DNA of 64,000 nucleotides from Hadesarchaea archaeon (GTDB lineage Archaea; Hadarchaeota; Hadarchaeia; Hadarchaeales; Hadarchaeaceae): NCBI GenBank assembly GCA_029259175.1, contig JAPDJH010000018.1, positions 5,747 to 69,746 of the forward strand, read 5' to 3'. Shown piece by piece: positions 63,795 to 64,000 of this stretch (position 1 is its first letter; each line of letters starts with the position of its first letter). The notes under the pieces were generated by a model. It saw only the letters and a program-made list of their open reading frames with translations, ran no database searches and was not told where the DNA came from. The position numbers and the translations under genes were made by a program.

Positions 63795-64000
63795 GGATAC
63801 CGCCCGTTTTTCGCTTTACGACCCAGTGGCTTTAAAGAAAAAACACGATGACTCTTTTTCGGTAAACACCGAAACCTATTTAGAGCATAACCGTTCTTTG
63901 CTCTAGCTCTCTATCTCGCTCTACCGCGAATAGGATTCGGCTGGGGATTCGCGCTGGCTATAATTGTCTTTGTGTCCTGCGCAGCAGTGTTGGAACTTCT

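Noticed and set aside
1-64000. CRISPR arrays and rRNA genes
   Set aside because: No series of regularly spaced identical direct repeats of 25-40 nt, and no rRNA-like conserved stretches, were seen in either strand.

Overview
This is a 64 kb, mostly coding archaeal chromosome segment of euryarchaeal type, about 52% GC. The lineage cannot be named from sequence alone.

Housekeeping content includes the N-terminal part of Rad50 and Mre11 on the minus strand, the RFC large subunit, TruA, a MoaA/MobB/MoeA molybdopterin cluster next to a tungsten-type aldehyde:ferredoxin oxidoreductase, a conserved L21e/RpoF/DUF655 operon, SRP54, DnaG primase, Hjc, TFB, MinD and a Hef-like helicase. A lipoylation cluster (LplA-N, LplA-C and two radical-SAM genes) and a tRNA-Trp(CCA) with a 58-nt intron carrying box C/D-like motifs are also present.

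Accessory content is concentrated in a roughly 7 kb stretch (34055-41157) abutting the 3' end of tRNA-Trp. It carries three degenerate copies of the tRNA 3' end and looks like a serial-integration hotspot. Its cargo is a toxin-antitoxin cluster, part of it frameshifted or truncated, and an AT-rich block with a type II restriction-modification pair.

Elsewhere:
- A TnpB-only element (19137-20313) has perfect 14-bp terminal inverted repeats and a 9-bp target-site duplication, and lies between SRP54 and the L21e operon.
- A solo 73-bp right-end copy of that element sits at 55583-55655.
- An ADP-ribosylglycohydrolase fused to a catalytically degenerate HNH zinc ribbon lies next to RNA 2'-phosphotransferase Tpt1, giving a candidate nucleic-acid ADP-ribosylation writer/eraser pair.
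- A TrkH potassium transporter carries an inserted lamin-tail domain.
- Two paralogous zinc-ribbon/transmembrane/OB-fold proteins are operonic with a TctA-like permease.
- Two tandem paralogous surface proteins are present, one with a proline-rich tail.

No CRISPR array or rRNA gene was seen.

All functional calls are from reading motifs in the translated ORFs. Nothing was searched against a database.
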